Of a stretch of DNA of 64,000 bases, positions 62,301 through 64,000 are shown piece after piece. The notes below the pieces were generated by a model. That model saw only the letters and a program-made list of their open reading frames with translations, did not search any database and had not been told where the DNA came from. Origin of the DNA: an uncultured Actinomycetes bacterium (GTDB taxonomy: Bacteria; Actinomycetota; Thermoleophilia; Gaiellales; JAICJC01). The stretch lies in assembly GCA_963737445.1 (NCBI GenBank), contig CAVTSO010000013.1, positions 24,756 through 88,755 on the forward strand, read 5' to 3'. The position numbers and the translations under genes were made by a program. Positions within the stretch are counted from its first letter, which is position 1; each line of letters opens with the position of its first letter.

Positions 62301-62666
62301 ATGGAGTCGCAGCGCCATCCGGTCGTACATCTGGAGCTTCACACCGGCGACCTCGCGGGCGCGGCCGGGTACTACTCGCAGCTCCTGTGCTGGCGCCCGA
62401 CCACGGTCGAGGCCGGCTCCGCCTGCTACACGGCCATGGAGCTGGGCGGGCGGCTGGGCGGAGGCATCGTCGAGTGCGGCACCGAGCGCCCGATGTGGCT
62501 GCCCTACGTCCAGGTCGAGAGCGTCGAGCGGGTGACCTCCTGCGCATGGGGGATGGGGGCGACCGTGCTGCTCGAGCCGCGCGAGGGGCCGGCCGGCTGG
62601 CGCAGCGTGGTGTCGGTGCCCGGTGGCGGGGAGCTGGCGCTGTGGCAGCCGAAGGGGGCGAGATGA
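62301..62666 (+). CDS. VOC family protein
   Basis: VVHLELHTGDLAGAAGYYSQLLCW...WLPYVQVESVERV...GGELALWQPK. Confidence 0.6.
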   Translation: MESQRHPVVHLELHTGDLAGAAGYYSQLLCWRPTTVEAGSACYTAMELGGRLGGGIVECGTERPMWLPYVQVESVERVTSCAWGMGATVLLEPREGPAGWRSVVSVPGGGELALWQPKGAR

Positions 62667-63694
62667 GCCTCGCGGGCGCCGAGCTGGAGCTGCTGGAGGC
62701 CGCCCGCCGCGGCGACGAGGATGCCTATGCACGGCTGATCGGGCCCCACCGCGCCCAGCTGCACGCGCACTGCTATCGCATGCTGGCGTCGGCGCCGGAT
62801 GCCGAGGACGCCCTGCAGGAGGCACTGCTGGGGGCGTGGCGGGGGCTGCCCCGGTTCGAAGGGCGGAGCTCGCTGCGATCCTGGCTCTACACGATCGCCA
62901 CCAACGCCTGCCTGAAAGCGATCGAGCGGCGGCCCAAGCGGGTGCTGCCGGTCGACTACGGGCCGGCCGCCGATCCTCACGACGGCCCGGGGACGCCGCT
63001 GGTCGAGTCGGTCTGGGTCAGCCCCTATCTCGACCGTGAGCTCGTGTCCGCCGATCCCTGGGTCGCGCCGGAGGCGCGCTACGAGCAGCGCGAGAGCATC
63101 GAGCTGGCGTTCATCGCGGCGCTGCAGCAGCTGCCGCCGCGCCAGCGCGCGACGCTGATCCTGCGCGACGTGCTGGGATTCTCGGCCCGCGAGGTGGCCG
63201 CGGCGCTCGACACCACTACCGCCTCGGTCAACAGCGCGCTGCAGCGGGCCCACCGGCTGGTCGACGAGCGCCTGCCCGAGCAGAGCCAGCAGGCGGCACT
63301 GCGGGCACTGGGCGATGATGCGCTGAGCGAGATCGTCAACGGCTACGTCGACGCCTGGGAGCGGGGTGACCTGGACGCGGTGGTGGCGATGCTGGCAGAG
63401 GACGTCAGCCTGACGATGCCGCCGATGCCGACCTGGTTCGCCGGGCGGGCGGCTGTCGCGGGCTTCTTCGGCCGTCTGCCGCTGCGGGCCGGCCGCCGCT
63501 GGCGCCTGCTGCCCGTGGGCGCCAACGGCCAGGTCGCGTTTGCCCACTACGGCTGGGACGAGCGCGCCGGCTGCTTCCTGCCGCACGGCGTGAACGTCCT
63601 GGCCCTGAGCGGATCGCGGGTCAGCGAGATCAACGCGTTCCTGTACCCGGAGGACTTCGCGTGGTTCGGCCTGCTTGACCGCCTGCCGGCTTAG
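62663..63694 (+). CDS. ECF-type sigma-70 factor with C-terminal SnoaL/NTF2-like extension (SigJ/ECF41-like architecture)
   Basis: Region 2 (DAEDALQEALLGAWRGLPRFEGRSSLRSWLYTIATNACL), region 4 (LPPRQRATLILRDVLGFSAREVAAALDTTTASVNSALQRA) and a ~140-aa C-terminal domain. The ATG overlaps the upstream stop (ATGA). Confidence 0.85.
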   Translation: MSLAGAELELLEAARRGDEDAYARLIGPHRAQLHAHCYRMLASAPDAEDALQEALLGAWRGLPRFEGRSSLRSWLYTIATNACLKAIERRPKRVLPVDYGPAADPHDGPGTPLVESVWVSPYLDRELVSADPWVAPEARYEQRESIELAFIAALQQLPPRQRATLILRDVLGFSAREVAAALDTTTASVNSALQRAHRLVDERLPEQSQQAALRALGDDALSEIVNGYVDAWERGDLDAVVAMLAEDVSLTMPPMPTWFAGRAAVAGFFGRLPLRAGRRWRLLPVGANGQVAFAHYGWDERAGCFLPHGVNVLALSGSRVSEINAFLYPEDFAWFGLLDRLPA

Positions 63695-64000
63695 AGCAGT
63701 TGCTCGTAGGTGCGCCCGCTGCGGACGCTGGCGGGCTGCTCGGCGGTGATGTCGGAGCCGGGCCGGGCCTGCTCGTCTCTGGCCTTGACCAGGATCCATC
63801 GCCGCTCACCTGTACGGGTCAGTGCAAACCCACCCGCGAGCTTGTGGCCGTGCAGCACGAACGAGAGGTGCCCGGGTTCGTTTCGCACCAGGTCGACCGT
63901 GCCCTCGTCCCAGACGATCACCGCGCCGCTGCCGCGCGCGCTCCCCTCGTGCACGCCCTCGAACTCGCCCGCGGCCATCGAGTGGTCCTCGACCGGCACC
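63691..64000 (-). CDS. LigD 3'-phosphoesterase (PE) domain protein, 5' end outside the window
   Basis: ..VEDHSMAAGEFEGVHEGSARGSGAVIVWDEGT...LSFVLHGHKLAGGFALTRTGERRWILVKARDE matches the PE-domain C-terminal half. The ORF runs off the right edge. Confidence 0.7.
   Translation of the reverse strand, partial: VPVEDHSMAAGEFEGVHEGSARGSGAVIVWDEGTVDLVRNEPGHLSFVLHGHKLAGGFALTRTGERRWILVKARDEQARPGSDITAEQPASVRSGRTYEQLL

Overview
This is a high-GC, densely coding chromosomal window that looks Actinomycetota-like; I cannot fix the taxon from the sequence alone. I support about 70 protein genes, 2 tRNAs (Glu-UUC, Lys-UUU), several palindromic operator candidates and a small repeat family.

Many gene junctions are 1-4 nt start/stop overlaps (ATGA, GTGA, TTGA, TGATG), which I used to define operons and to choose start codons. 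The ORF track is full of long Arg/Pro/Gly/Ala-rich shadow ORFs in alternative frames, and I rejected those.

Layout:
- **0-4 kb:** a less GC-rich SSI-like gene, a tRNA-like 3' fragment, then an arsR-SRPBCC-DHFR-like operon and a dCMP deaminase. Three of these genes carry apparent single-nucleotide frameshifts.
- **5.4-10.3 kb:** a sulfur and molybdenum block (persulfide dioxygenase-rhodanese fusion, rhodanese, DUF72, molybdopterin oxidoreductase).
- **12.1-17.8 kb:** a metal-handling cluster (P19/FetP-like lipoprotein, DyP peroxidase, SCO-like fusion, membrane protein, CtaG-like protein).
- **24.6-48 kb:** the most interesting part, a large methylated-amine catabolic island. It holds two non-pyrrolysine MttB-family methyltransferases and a TMADH/DgcA-like flavoprotein. 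It also holds a P450 plus ferredoxin, and a corrinoid protein with methyl-THF methyltransferase, RACo-type activase, DUF1638 and an MTHFR-like protein. A free-standing homocysteine-methyltransferase domain and a formaldehyde-handling ADH+GFA pair are present too. The island ends with a dimethylglycine-dehydrogenase-EtfBA-EtfD/DgcB-like operon. A sarcosine-oxidase-like gene sits at 57 kb.

A separate highlight is a double-hairpin, MITE-like repeat with GATGGTTGAT termini. It lies exactly at or next to the stop codons of five convergently arranged genes.

All functional calls come from motif and family recognition by eye. No database search was run.
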